NCBI GenBank assembly: GCA_018062815.1
Contig: JAGORM010000004.1
Span: forward strand, 1 to 53,673
Source: Candidatus Levyibacteriota bacterium
GTDB taxonomy: Bacteria > Patescibacteriota > Microgenomatia > Levybacterales > GWA1-39-11
Direction of reading: 5' to 3'
DNA length: 53,673 bases
Shown here: piece by piece, positions 18,495-25,871 of the stretch
How positions within the stretch are numbered: the stretch's first letter is position 1
Layout of the letters: each line of letters begins with the position of its first letter
Translations under genes and position numbers: made by a program
Notes under the pieces: generated by a model
What the model was told of the DNA's origin: nothing
Databases searched by the model: none
What the model saw: only the letters and a program-made list of their open reading frames with translations

Positions 18495-18785
18495 CTACCC
18501 CTTGAAGATGTATCCACTACCGCGGACTGAGTAAATAAGCCGTTCTGAAAACCCAAGGTCAATCTTACGCCGAAGATATCCCACATATACATCAACAACC
18601 CGTGTTTCTACATCTGGCGCATACTGCCATATAAAGGTAAGTAGTTTTCTTCTATCTACCAGGCTATTTTTGTGTTCTAGAAAATACGATAACAACTTAT
18701 ATTCTTTTGGAGATAGCTTAATTTTTTTCCCTGCGCGGACTGCTGTTCGTGTCTCATGCTCTAAGACAATATTTTTATCATACAT
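18495..18785 (-). CDS. Stand-alone OmpR/PhoB-type winged-helix DNA-binding protein (no receiver domain)
   Basis: 96 aa, LSPKEYKLLSYFLEHKNSLVDRRKLLTFIWQ...TRVVDVYVGYLRRKI...VRGSGYIF, which is a Trans_reg_C-type domain only. The upstream intergenic space of 63 nt is too short to hide a decayed receiver domain. Confidence 0.8.
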   Translation of the reverse strand: MYDKNIVLEHETRTAVRAGKKIKLSPKEYKLLSYFLEHKNSLVDRRKLLTFIWQYAPDVETRVVDVYVGYLRRKIDLGFSERLIYSVRGSGYIFKG

Positions 18786-18794
18786 ACAAATTCT

Positions 18795-18840
18795 TAGGCA
18801 GAGGTAGGCAGATTTTATATAAATAGTATTATAAAATCAA
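18795..18840 (-). promoter_or_regulatory. Promoter of the winged-helix gene with a 10-bp-phased direct repeat at the transcription start region
   Basis: On the minus strand TTGATT (18835..18840), a 17-nt spacer and TAAAAT (18812..18817). Immediately after come CTGCCTA-cct-CTGCCTA (plus-strand TAGGCAG at 18795..18801 and 18805..18811). Confidence 0.4.
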
Positions 18841-18848
18841 GAGGATAT

Positions 18849-19865
18849 TTAATCTTTTCTCATGTTTTTAATAATAATTATAATCATGGAAATAAATGGT
18901 ATACACAAAAGCGCACCCATAAGACCTAATAATTTTGCCCCAATGGTAATTGCTAAAATAATCACAATTGGGTTCAACCCTACTGCTTTTTGCATTACCT
19001 TAGGAACTAAAACATTGTTCTCAATCATTTGAATTACTATGTATATAATAATTATCGTAAAGGCAAGCCCTGGAGAAATAGATAATGCAACAATAACTGC
19101 AGGAACCGCAGACAGAATTGGACCGATTGTAGGGACTATTTCAAGCAAACCTGCAAGAAGGGCCAGGGGAAGAGCAAATGGAAAACTTATAACAGTTAAT
19201 GCTATCCATGTAAGTAGCCCTATGGTAAAACATAAAACAAGTTGCCCTCTAAACCACGCTCCCAACTTTTCTTCAATCATCGCCATTGTTGATAACGCTT
19301 TTTCTTTATCTTTCTTCGGGAACAACAGCATAAGTTCTTTTTTTACCCTATTCTCATCCTGCATCAAATAAAAACTGACTACAAAAACCAAAAAGAGAGA
19401 GAAAATAGAACCTAAAATTGCACCCGTCACTGCAAATGCGTTTGAAGTAATTGTGTCAAATTGTGAAGTAAGAAATTCCTGCATCTGTGAAGCTTGAATA
19501 TTTATACGTAGTGCATGAAGAATATCATCCAAATATTTAGGAAAAGACACTATGAGTGAAGATATCTGAGAAGAGAAAAACGGAATTATTGGCACAATGA
19601 GAAGAACCACAACTCCTAATGTAAAAACATACAAAAGAGCTATTGCAACAGTTCTTGGAATTTTAAATTTTGTTAAATAAGAAACGTATGGCTTCAAAGC
19701 AGCCATTAATATGTATGAAATAAAGAAAAGTATTAAAATTTCTTTTATTTGAATGATAAACCAACCAAGAACAATCAGGAGTAGTGCTACTACTATCTGA
19801 TTTTTAATGATAATATTTTTTATAGAGTTCTCAACTGCTTCCATTACAATACTTATATGATACAA
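18849..19865 (-). CDS. AI-2E family (PerM/UPF0118) transporter
   Basis: 338 aa, polytopic, with the C-terminal motif LEIVPTIGPILSAVPAVIVAL...PKVMQKAVGLNP. The TTG at 19865 may be replaced by ATG 19844 as the true start. Confidence 0.8.
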   Translation of the reverse strand: MYHISIVMEAVENSIKNIIIKNQIVVALLLIVLGWFIIQIKEILILFFISYILMAALKPYVSYLTKFKIPRTVAIALLYVFTLGVVVLLIVPIIPFFSSQISSLIVSFPKYLDDILHALRINIQASQMQEFLTSQFDTITSNAFAVTGAILGSIFSLFLVFVVSFYLMQDENRVKKELMLLFPKKDKEKALSTMAMIEEKLGAWFRGQLVLCFTIGLLTWIALTVISFPFALPLALLAGLLEIVPTIGPILSAVPAVIVALSISPGLAFTIIIIYIVIQMIENNVLVPKVMQKAVGLNPIVIILAITIGAKLLGLMGALLCIPFISMIIIIIKNMRKD

Positions 19866-19875
19866 TACTTGTCAT

Positions 19876-20202
19876 ATGATATCAATCGATGACCTTGAAA
19901 AATTGGATATTAGAATTGGAACAATTAAACAGGTAGAAACTGTACCTGGCTCTGAAAAACTCTACAAAGAAATAGTAGATTTTGGACCTGAAATAGGCGA
20001 AAAACAAATACTTTCAGGTATCCAGAAGCACTTTACACAAGAAGACCTGATAGGAAAACAGGCGCTTTTTATAGTCAACTTGGAACCCAGAGAAATGATG
20101 GGATTTACTAGCGAAGGAATGCTTCTTGCGGCTGATGGGGATAACGGTCCTGTATTATTAACGCCTACAGAAAATGTGCCAAACGGCTCAAAAATAAAAT
20201 AA
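19876..20202 (+). CDS. csaA: tRNA-binding domain protein (CsaA / MetRS-C-terminal-like)
   Basis: LDIRIGTIKQVETVPGSEKLYKEIVDFG...NLEPREMMGFTSEGMLLAA is a typical OB-fold tRNA-binding domain. Confidence 0.8.
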   Translation: MISIDDLEKLDIRIGTIKQVETVPGSEKLYKEIVDFGPEIGEKQILSGIQKHFTQEDLIGKQALFIVNLEPREMMGFTSEGMLLAADGDNGPVLLTPTENVPNGSKIK

Positions 20203-20205
20203 ACA

Positions 20206-20463
20206 ATGCAAAACCCAAAACAGGAAGAAAATATACATGCTGCGCCAACTGCACTACCTATTTTGTATACAGATACAATTCTTATGAACGTAAATGAAGA
20301 TGGAGTAATAATAGATATCTGCCAAAAAGGAGTCGTGCAGAACCAAATCCAGATAGTAACACGCGTGGGAATGAGTAAAAATCATGCTAAGAAATTTGTG
20401 AAAAAACTCTCTGAAATACTTGCACTTACTTCATCAAGACCAGACTCCACAACGGACAATTAG
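20206..20463 (+). CDS. DUF3467-like small protein
   Basis: ILYTDTILMNVNEDGVIIDICQ...IVTRVGMSKNHAKKFVKKLSEIL matches my memory of DUF3467. It lies 3 nt after csaA. Confidence 0.5.
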   Translation: MQNPKQEENIHAAPTALPILYTDTILMNVNEDGVIIDICQKGVVQNQIQIVTRVGMSKNHAKKFVKKLSEILALTSSRPDSTTDN

Positions 20464-20465
20464 CA

Positions 20466-20831
20466 TTAAAATAATTTAATAATATACGGAAGAAAAATAA
20501 GAATACCAACAATAAGTGACCCAAGAGATACCACTAATACCATTCCCGCTGCGACATCCTTTGCTATTTTTGCTTCTTTTCTGTGCTCAGTCGTTATAAG
20601 ATTTGTCATTTCCTCAAGTGATGTGTTAATCATCTCTGCAGATAAAACTAAAAGTATCATAACCCCCAAGATTCCCATCTCAAATGCACTTATTCGGAAA
20701 AAAATACTTGCCAGTATAACCAGTATTGCAATCGCTATCAAAATTTTTATATTTTGGTTTTCTTTAATCGCGTATATCACTCCTTGATATGCGTAGTGAA
20801 ATGATTTTACTAGTGATCTATGCTCTATCAT
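20466..20831 (-). CDS. dgkA: Diacylglycerol/undecaprenol kinase family protein
   Basis: 121 aa, 3 TM, with motifs NIKI, SAEMINTSLE and AKDVAAGMVLV. 4-nt overlap with gltX. Confidence 0.8.
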   Translation of the reverse strand: MIEHRSLVKSFHYAYQGVIYAIKENQNIKILIAIAILVILASIFFRISAFEMGILGVMILLVLSAEMINTSLEEMTNLITTEHRKEAKIAKDVAAGMVLVVSLGSLIVGILIFLPYIIKLF

Positions 20832-22054
20832 TGTAGTTTTTTAATTGTAGCATCTTTTCCCTCAATTTCTAACTTTTCAAAAAGCGGCAAACCATAAGTC
20901 TTTCCTGTTAAAACCACATACAAATCTTGAGTATTTGCTTCAGACATATCTCTTGCAGCAAGTGATGCCTGCATAATATCTTCAGTATTCCAATGCGAAA
21001 TACTTTTATATTTGTCCAATAAAAAGTTCGCCAGCTTTTTTTGCTTGTCTGAAAGTTTTACTCCCTGGGTGTCCTCTACTAAACTTTTAAATTCAGCTAA
21101 TGTTTTCATTCTGGTCTTAGCAAGTGAAATATACTTTGAAAGATTCACTACTTCAAAAAGCGTTGGGTCAAACTCAACCAATCTGTCTTTTAATGATTCT
21201 ATCGTTTGCGACCTAATATACTCACCATTTATCCACAATAATTTTTTTTCATCAAAAATTGCCGGAGACGAATTAACATTTTCCAGGGTAAATTCTTTTT
21301 CTATTTCCTCTTTGTTGAATATTTCACGGTCATTTTTTGGAGACCAACCCAGTAACATTAAGTAGTTTAATAATGCTTCAGGCAGAATTCCCTCTTTTTT
21401 GTAATCCAGGGCACTCTTTGCACCTCTTCTTTTTGATAATTTTTTCCCATCAGTTCCAAAAACGTTTGGAACATGAGCAAAAACTGGCGCATCCCACCCC
21501 AATGCAGAATACAACATGATGTGTTTTGGAGTTGAAGAAATCCAGTCTTCACCCCGTATTACATGCGTTATGTTCATCATATAATCATCTATAACACTAG
21601 CTAAATGATAGGTGGGATACCCATCTCCTTTAAGGATTATAAAATCCTCTATATCCTTGTTTTCAAAAGATATTTCCTTTCCGCCAATCGCATCATTCCA
21701 TACTGTTTTTCCCTCTTTGGAAACGATAAATCGGATTGCTCCCTTGTCTTCCTTTGCTTTTCCTTCATTTAGTAATTTTTCTGCGTATTTTTTATACTCA
21801 CTTAGTCTTTGTGACTGAACAACAAATTCATCCCAATTTGCCCCTAACCATTCTAAAGATTCCTTTATCTGATCCTCCGCACCTTCTACTTTTCTCTGCT
21901 GATCAGTATCCTCAATACGTAACATAAATGCTCCTTTTTTAGATTTTGCCAAAAAATAATTAAAAAGGGCTGTCCTGATTCCTCCAACATGTAAACTACC
22001 CGTAGGACTTGGCGCAAAACGTGTTTTTATTTTTTCCATATCCCCAACTTCCAT
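20828..22054 (-). CDS. gltX: Glutamate--tRNA ligase (compact, 408 aa)
   Basis: RFAPSPTGSLHVGG (HIGH-type motif) and KLSKRRG (KMSKS-type motif). Confidence 0.9.
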   Translation of the reverse strand: MEVGDMEKIKTRFAPSPTGSLHVGGIRTALFNYFLAKSKKGAFMLRIEDTDQQRKVEGAEDQIKESLEWLGANWDEFVVQSQRLSEYKKYAEKLLNEGKAKEDKGAIRFIVSKEGKTVWNDAIGGKEISFENKDIEDFIILKGDGYPTYHLASVIDDYMMNITHVIRGEDWISSTPKHIMLYSALGWDAPVFAHVPNVFGTDGKKLSKRRGAKSALDYKKEGILPEALLNYLMLLGWSPKNDREIFNKEEIEKEFTLENVNSSPAIFDEKKLLWINGEYIRSQTIESLKDRLVEFDPTLFEVVNLSKYISLAKTRMKTLAEFKSLVEDTQGVKLSDKQKKLANFLLDKYKSISHWNTEDIMQASLAARDMSEANTQDLYVVLTGKTYGLPLFEKLEIEGKDATIKKLQ

Positions 22055-22105
22055 ATCCTTGCATTTTACCTGACTTATTTCCTATACTCAATATACTTTA
22101 AATTT

Positions 22106-23122
22106 ATGTCACTTGCACAAATCACAAGGGAAGCACGTTTTAGTCTTAAGATCGGCGGATTAATTATAGTATCACTCATTCTTATTTTTCTTGTATTTCA
22201 GGGTGGCTTATTTATTAAGAACTTTCTATTTCCCCAACCTCCAACCCCTGCTGAAGAAAAATTCGGATCCTTGCCTACGCTTGTTTTCCCTGAATCAACA
22301 AACTCACTCCCTGAATTTAAACTAAACACGGTTTCCGGAAATTTCCCCTCTTTCCCATCAACAATTCTTGTATATAAATTGCAGCAAAAAACTCCAAAAG
22401 TATCAGATTATCAAAGCGCGCGTAATAGAGCGGCATCTCTAGGGTATACACAAAATCAACAAGCAATTAATCAATCCTTATATAAGTGGTCAAAATCCAA
22501 CGCGAACAACGTGCTTTTTTATGACATAACCTCTTTAAATTTTTCTGTAGAATCTGATTATCTTACTGATCCAAATCTTATACCCTCACCACTTTCAAAC
22601 ACGGAAGATGTTACTGAAGCAATACTGTCTTTCATCCATACATTAGGCGCAAGCACATCTGATATTGACCTGTCAAAAAGCCCAATCTTTTACTACAATA
22701 TAAGCAGTGGTCAGCTAGTTGAAGCAGAATCAGCAATAAATGCGACAGTCGCAAGGATCTTTTTAAAACAACAGGATGTTAACGAATTACCTATTTACTA
22801 CCCAACCTCCAATCCTTCAAGCCTATACATAACAACCACTTCTGATACTACTTCAGGGGTGGTACACGCGAATTATAACCATTTTCTTCCTGACTTAAAT
22901 GATTCATCTACTTACAAATTGCGCTCAGCTGAATCCGCATTTGAAGATCTGAAAAAAGGAAAGGGATACATTGTCCGCCCAACAACTGCTTCAACAATAG
23001 ATATTACAGATATAAGTCTTGGGTATTACTTGTCAACTGAATCTTCACAAAAATATTTAATGCCTATTATTGTGTTTACCGGTGCAAATAATTTTCAAGC
23101 ATATTTAAGCGCTCTTCCTTAA
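22106..23122 (+). CDS. Membrane-anchored extracytoplasmic protein, unknown function
   Basis: 338 aa with a single N-terminal TM (IGGLIIVSLILIFLVF). The remainder is Ser/Thr/Asn-rich and soluble. I recognise no motif. Confidence 0.5.
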   Translation: MSLAQITREARFSLKIGGLIIVSLILIFLVFQGGLFIKNFLFPQPPTPAEEKFGSLPTLVFPESTNSLPEFKLNTVSGNFPSFPSTILVYKLQQKTPKVSDYQSARNRAASLGYTQNQQAINQSLYKWSKSNANNVLFYDITSLNFSVESDYLTDPNLIPSPLSNTEDVTEAILSFIHTLGASTSDIDLSKSPIFYYNISSGQLVEAESAINATVARIFLKQQDVNELPIYYPTSNPSSLYITTTSDTTSGVVHANYNHFLPDLNDSSTYKLRSAESAFEDLKKGKGYIVRPTTASTIDITDISLGYYLSTESSQKYLMPIIVFTGANNFQAYLSALP

Positions 23123-24102
23123 TTATTTGCGTAGCTCTCACTTTTTAAATCCTTAATAATCGCCTCAATGAGAAGTCTAGTATCCGCAAACCTATCTTTG
23201 CTTCCCAAAATTACAATTACAAATGTCTTGTTATTTTTTACATAAGATGTAACTAATACGCCTTCTGCTTCATTTGTAAAACCGGTCTTAATACCTGTTA
23301 CTCCTTTTATCATCAACAGTTCATTTAAATTTTTTAATTTATGGGTAAGACTACCGTCTGAGCCATACAAAGAAATTTCTTTTGTTTTAACTATTTCATT
23401 AATGATCTTGTTTTGTAGGGCAAAAGCACCCAATTTGGATAAGTCAGACGCGGTTGAATAATTTTCATCACTATATCCTGAAGGATCAACAAAATAAGTA
23501 TTATTTAGTCCTATTTCTTGTGCTTTTTTATTCATTGCTGCAACAAATGCATTCTTACCGCCCGGATAATTTTCAGCTAAAACATCAGCAGCGTCTCCTC
23601 CTGAAGGCAGCATCATTCCATAAAGTAACCCTAAAACAGAAATATTTTCTCCTACATACAATCCCATCTTTGATACATCAGGACGCGTGTCTACCTCAGA
23701 AACCGTTAATATCTTGTCAGGAGCAAACGCTTCAAGAGCCACGATTGAAGTCATTATTTTAACAGTTGAAGCAGGAGAAAAACGTAAATTATTATTTTTA
23801 GATAAAAGCGACACGCGAGAATCAACATCATATACTTCAAGAGCCTTTGAAGACAATAATAGTTGAGGTTGGTTTAGAAAGTAAGAGAATGAAGTATTTT
23901 TAATAATCTGCTCTTGATTTTTTTTAATTTGGGAGAATTGTATTAGCGCAATAAAAACAATAATTACACCAAACAACACAAAATTTAAAATTGTTAGGGC
24001 AATAAAAGCAATTACAAATACTTTCTTGTGTGGATTTTTTTTTAGCTGATCATTCGCCTTTTGTTGTTTCTTTTTTTTCATGTGCGGCAGAAAAACGTTC
24101 AT
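23119..24102 (-). CDS. D-alanyl-D-alanine carboxypeptidase (S11, PBP5-like)
   Basis: SxxK motif SPASTVKIMT, SxN-like motif PSGGDAA and KTG motif GIKTGFT, with an N-terminal TM. The alternative start ATG 24081 (MKKKKQQ) is plausible. Confidence 0.85.
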   Translation of the reverse strand: MNVFLPHMKKKKQQKANDQLKKNPHKKVFVIAFIALTILNFVLFGVIIVFIALIQFSQIKKNQEQIIKNTSFSYFLNQPQLLLSSKALEVYDVDSRVSLLSKNNNLRFSPASTVKIMTSIVALEAFAPDKILTVSEVDTRPDVSKMGLYVGENISVLGLLYGMMLPSGGDAADVLAENYPGGKNAFVAAMNKKAQEIGLNNTYFVDPSGYSDENYSTASDLSKLGAFALQNKIINEIVKTKEISLYGSDGSLTHKLKNLNELLMIKGVTGIKTGFTNEAEGVLVTSYVKNNKTFVIVILGSKDRFADTRLLIEAIIKDLKSESYANN

Positions 24103-25441
24103 CTACCCGTTCCATATCTCGTGGGAAAAGTGAAGCCTCACGAATATTTGATAACCCTAATATATGCATCGTCATCCGCTCTGATCCAAAGGAAAACCCA
24201 CCCTCTGGAGGCATTGCGTACTTAAATGTCTGAAAATAAAGCTCTGATTTTAACAGGTCTATGCCACGTTTTTCTGCGCTTATCGTAAGTTTTTCAAGAT
24301 CAGTAATTCTCTGCCCTCCGGTCATCCATTCAACACCTCTCCCTAACAAATCTACACTTAATGTATATCCCGGATCCTCAGGGTCCTCAAAAGTGTAAAA
24401 AGGCCGTTTTTCTATTGGATAGTGTGTTATAAATACCAAATCAGATCCTTTCTCCTCATGAGACCATCTGCAAATTTCCCGTTCATCTTCAGGCGTTAAA
24501 TCCGGCTCCTGAGTGTTATCTCTTCCTGTTCGCTCTAAAATAATTTTTTGTGCTTCTCTCAATTTAATTCTAGGAATCTTACTCTCAATAGAAGGAATGG
24601 TCGCATCATACATGCTAAGCTCAAACCCACATACATGCACAACTCTATCAAATACAAATCTCACAACGTACTCAGCCATATCCATAACGTCCGTCCATGA
24701 TTTAATAAAACCAAATTCAGCATCTAGAGTTGTTGCTTCTGCCAAGTGCCTAGTTGTAATTGATGGTTCCGCTCTTAAGGTCTTATTAACGGTAAATACC
24801 CGTTCAAAAACACCAACCATAATCTGTTTGTAGAATTGGGGGCTTTGAGCTAAAAATGCTTTATTCCCAAAATAATTGACTTCAAACATTTCAGCCCCAC
24901 CTTCTGCTCCCTGAGGAATTATGACAGGAGACTGAAATTCCGTAAATCCTTTCTCTTTTAATGCCTCCCTAAAAGCATCTATTATTACTTCTTGAACTTT
25001 AAAAATTGCTGCAATCTTAGGATGTCTAAGCGTTAAGCCCCTATTATCAAGAAGCGTAGGTAGCTCTAAATTTAACTCTCGCGCAGTCATATCAAATGGC
25101 ATTTCCTGAGATTTTTGAATCACCTCAAGGGATTTAGCCTCTATTTCTATGGTACCTGTCGGAAGATTTTTATTCACGTACCGCTCACCGCGCTCCTTTA
25201 CAATCCCCTCAATTGAGATAACATCCTGGGATCCTAACTTACCAAAAGCCTGCGGCAAGTCGCCCTCAAATGCACCTATTTGAATAACACCGGACCTGTC
25301 TCTTAAATCTATAAATGCTATTTTTCCGTGAGCACGTACCACCTGTACCCATCCGCAAAGCCGAACCTGCTGCCCAACCTTTTCTATGCAATCAAGAGAT
25401 AGAGTCCTTTCTATCTGATCTTCGTTTTTTTGAATCGTCAT
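24050..25441 (-). CDS. aspS: Aspartate--tRNA ligase, archaeal/eukaryal type (class IIb)
   Basis: OB-fold N-domain GWVQVVRAHGKIAFIDLRDRSG, class II motifs, and the C-terminus GGFSFGSERMTMHILG...FPRD. I chose the start at ATG 25441 (MTIQKN) because TTGTCA-18-TACAAT lies 7 nt upstream. Confidence 0.9.
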   Translation of the reverse strand: MTIQKNEDQIERTLSLDCIEKVGQQVRLCGWVQVVRAHGKIAFIDLRDRSGVIQIGAFEGDLPQAFGKLGSQDVISIEGIVKERGERYVNKNLPTGTIEIEAKSLEVIQKSQEMPFDMTARELNLELPTLLDNRGLTLRHPKIAAIFKVQEVIIDAFREALKEKGFTEFQSPVIIPQGAEGGAEMFEVNYFGNKAFLAQSPQFYKQIMVGVFERVFTVNKTLRAEPSITTRHLAEATTLDAEFGFIKSWTDVMDMAEYVVRFVFDRVVHVCGFELSMYDATIPSIESKIPRIKLREAQKIILERTGRDNTQEPDLTPEDEREICRWSHEEKGSDLVFITHYPIEKRPFYTFEDPEDPGYTLSVDLLGRGVEWMTGGQRITDLEKLTISAEKRGIDLLKSELYFQTFKYAMPPEGGFSFGSERMTMHILGLSNIREASLFPRDMERVDERFSAAHEKKETTKGE

Positions 25442-25471
25442 ACAGCATATTGTATAGCTTCGCGGCATAAC

Positions 25472-25500
25472 TTGACAAGGGGATATTACAGGTGTAATAT
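25472..25500 (+). promoter_or_regulatory. Near-consensus sigma70 promoter (TTGACA-17-TAATAT) pointing away from aspS
   Basis: TTGACA at 25472..25477, a 17-nt spacer, and TAATAT at 25495..25500. Its -35 overlaps the minus-strand -35 of aspS within the palindromic CTTGACAAG. Confidence 0.5.
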
Positions 25501-25506
25501 AACATT

Positions 25507-25608
25507 ATATTATGAGTTTAAAACGTTTTTTCGATAAGATTGCAGGACTCCTATAAGGGGGTTGAAACTTTTGTTTCAAAACTCCCAGAAAATTTTGGGA
25601 GTTTTTTT
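25507..25608 (+). ncRNA. Candidate ~100-nt transcript (promoter-to-terminator unit) containing a 14-codon ORF
   Basis: The predicted TSS is near 25507. ORF 25512..25556 encodes MSLKRFFDKIAGLL. Hairpin 25562..25579 and terminator hairpin 25581..25602 with a T7 run follow. No family is recognised. Confidence 0.3.
25581..25608 (+). terminator. Intrinsic terminator
   Basis: ACTCCCA (25581..25587) pairs with TGGGAGT (25596..25602). TTTTTTT follows. Confidence 0.7.
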
Positions 25609-25641
25609 GTTTTATAAAGTAACAATAAATATATAACACAT

Positions 25642-25869
25642 ATGATCGAGCATCACAAACCATCACAGAAAGAATTAACTCAAAGCCATTTAGAGGCTAT
25701 GCGAAATGCTGGACTTCCTAATTCTAGACAATTAGACCACAATAAAACCGTAGGAGGACATACTGGAAGAAAAATGATATCCCATTTATCTGAAGATGTC
25801 ATTAGGCTTACGGGAGATATTACTCTTGCACAGGAAAAAATCCTCGGAATAAAACGAAAAAAGGCTTAA
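25642..25869 (+). CDS. Hypothetical 75-aa basic protein
   Basis: It fills the gap between the terminator and the recJ stop. A -10-like TATATA lies 6 nt upstream of the ATG. I recognise no motif. Confidence 0.4.
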   Translation: MIEHHKPSQKELTQSHLEAMRNAGLPNSRQLDHNKTVGGHTGRKMISHLSEDVIRLTGDITLAQEKILGIKRKKA

Positions 25870-25871
25870 AA

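Noticed and set aside
22055-22105. T-box leaders upstream of gltX. I also checked aspS (25442..25471) and cysS (30549..30633).
   Set aside because: The upstream regions are 30-85 nt with promoters close to the start codons. That is far too short for a T-box, and no specifier or T-box sequence is seen.
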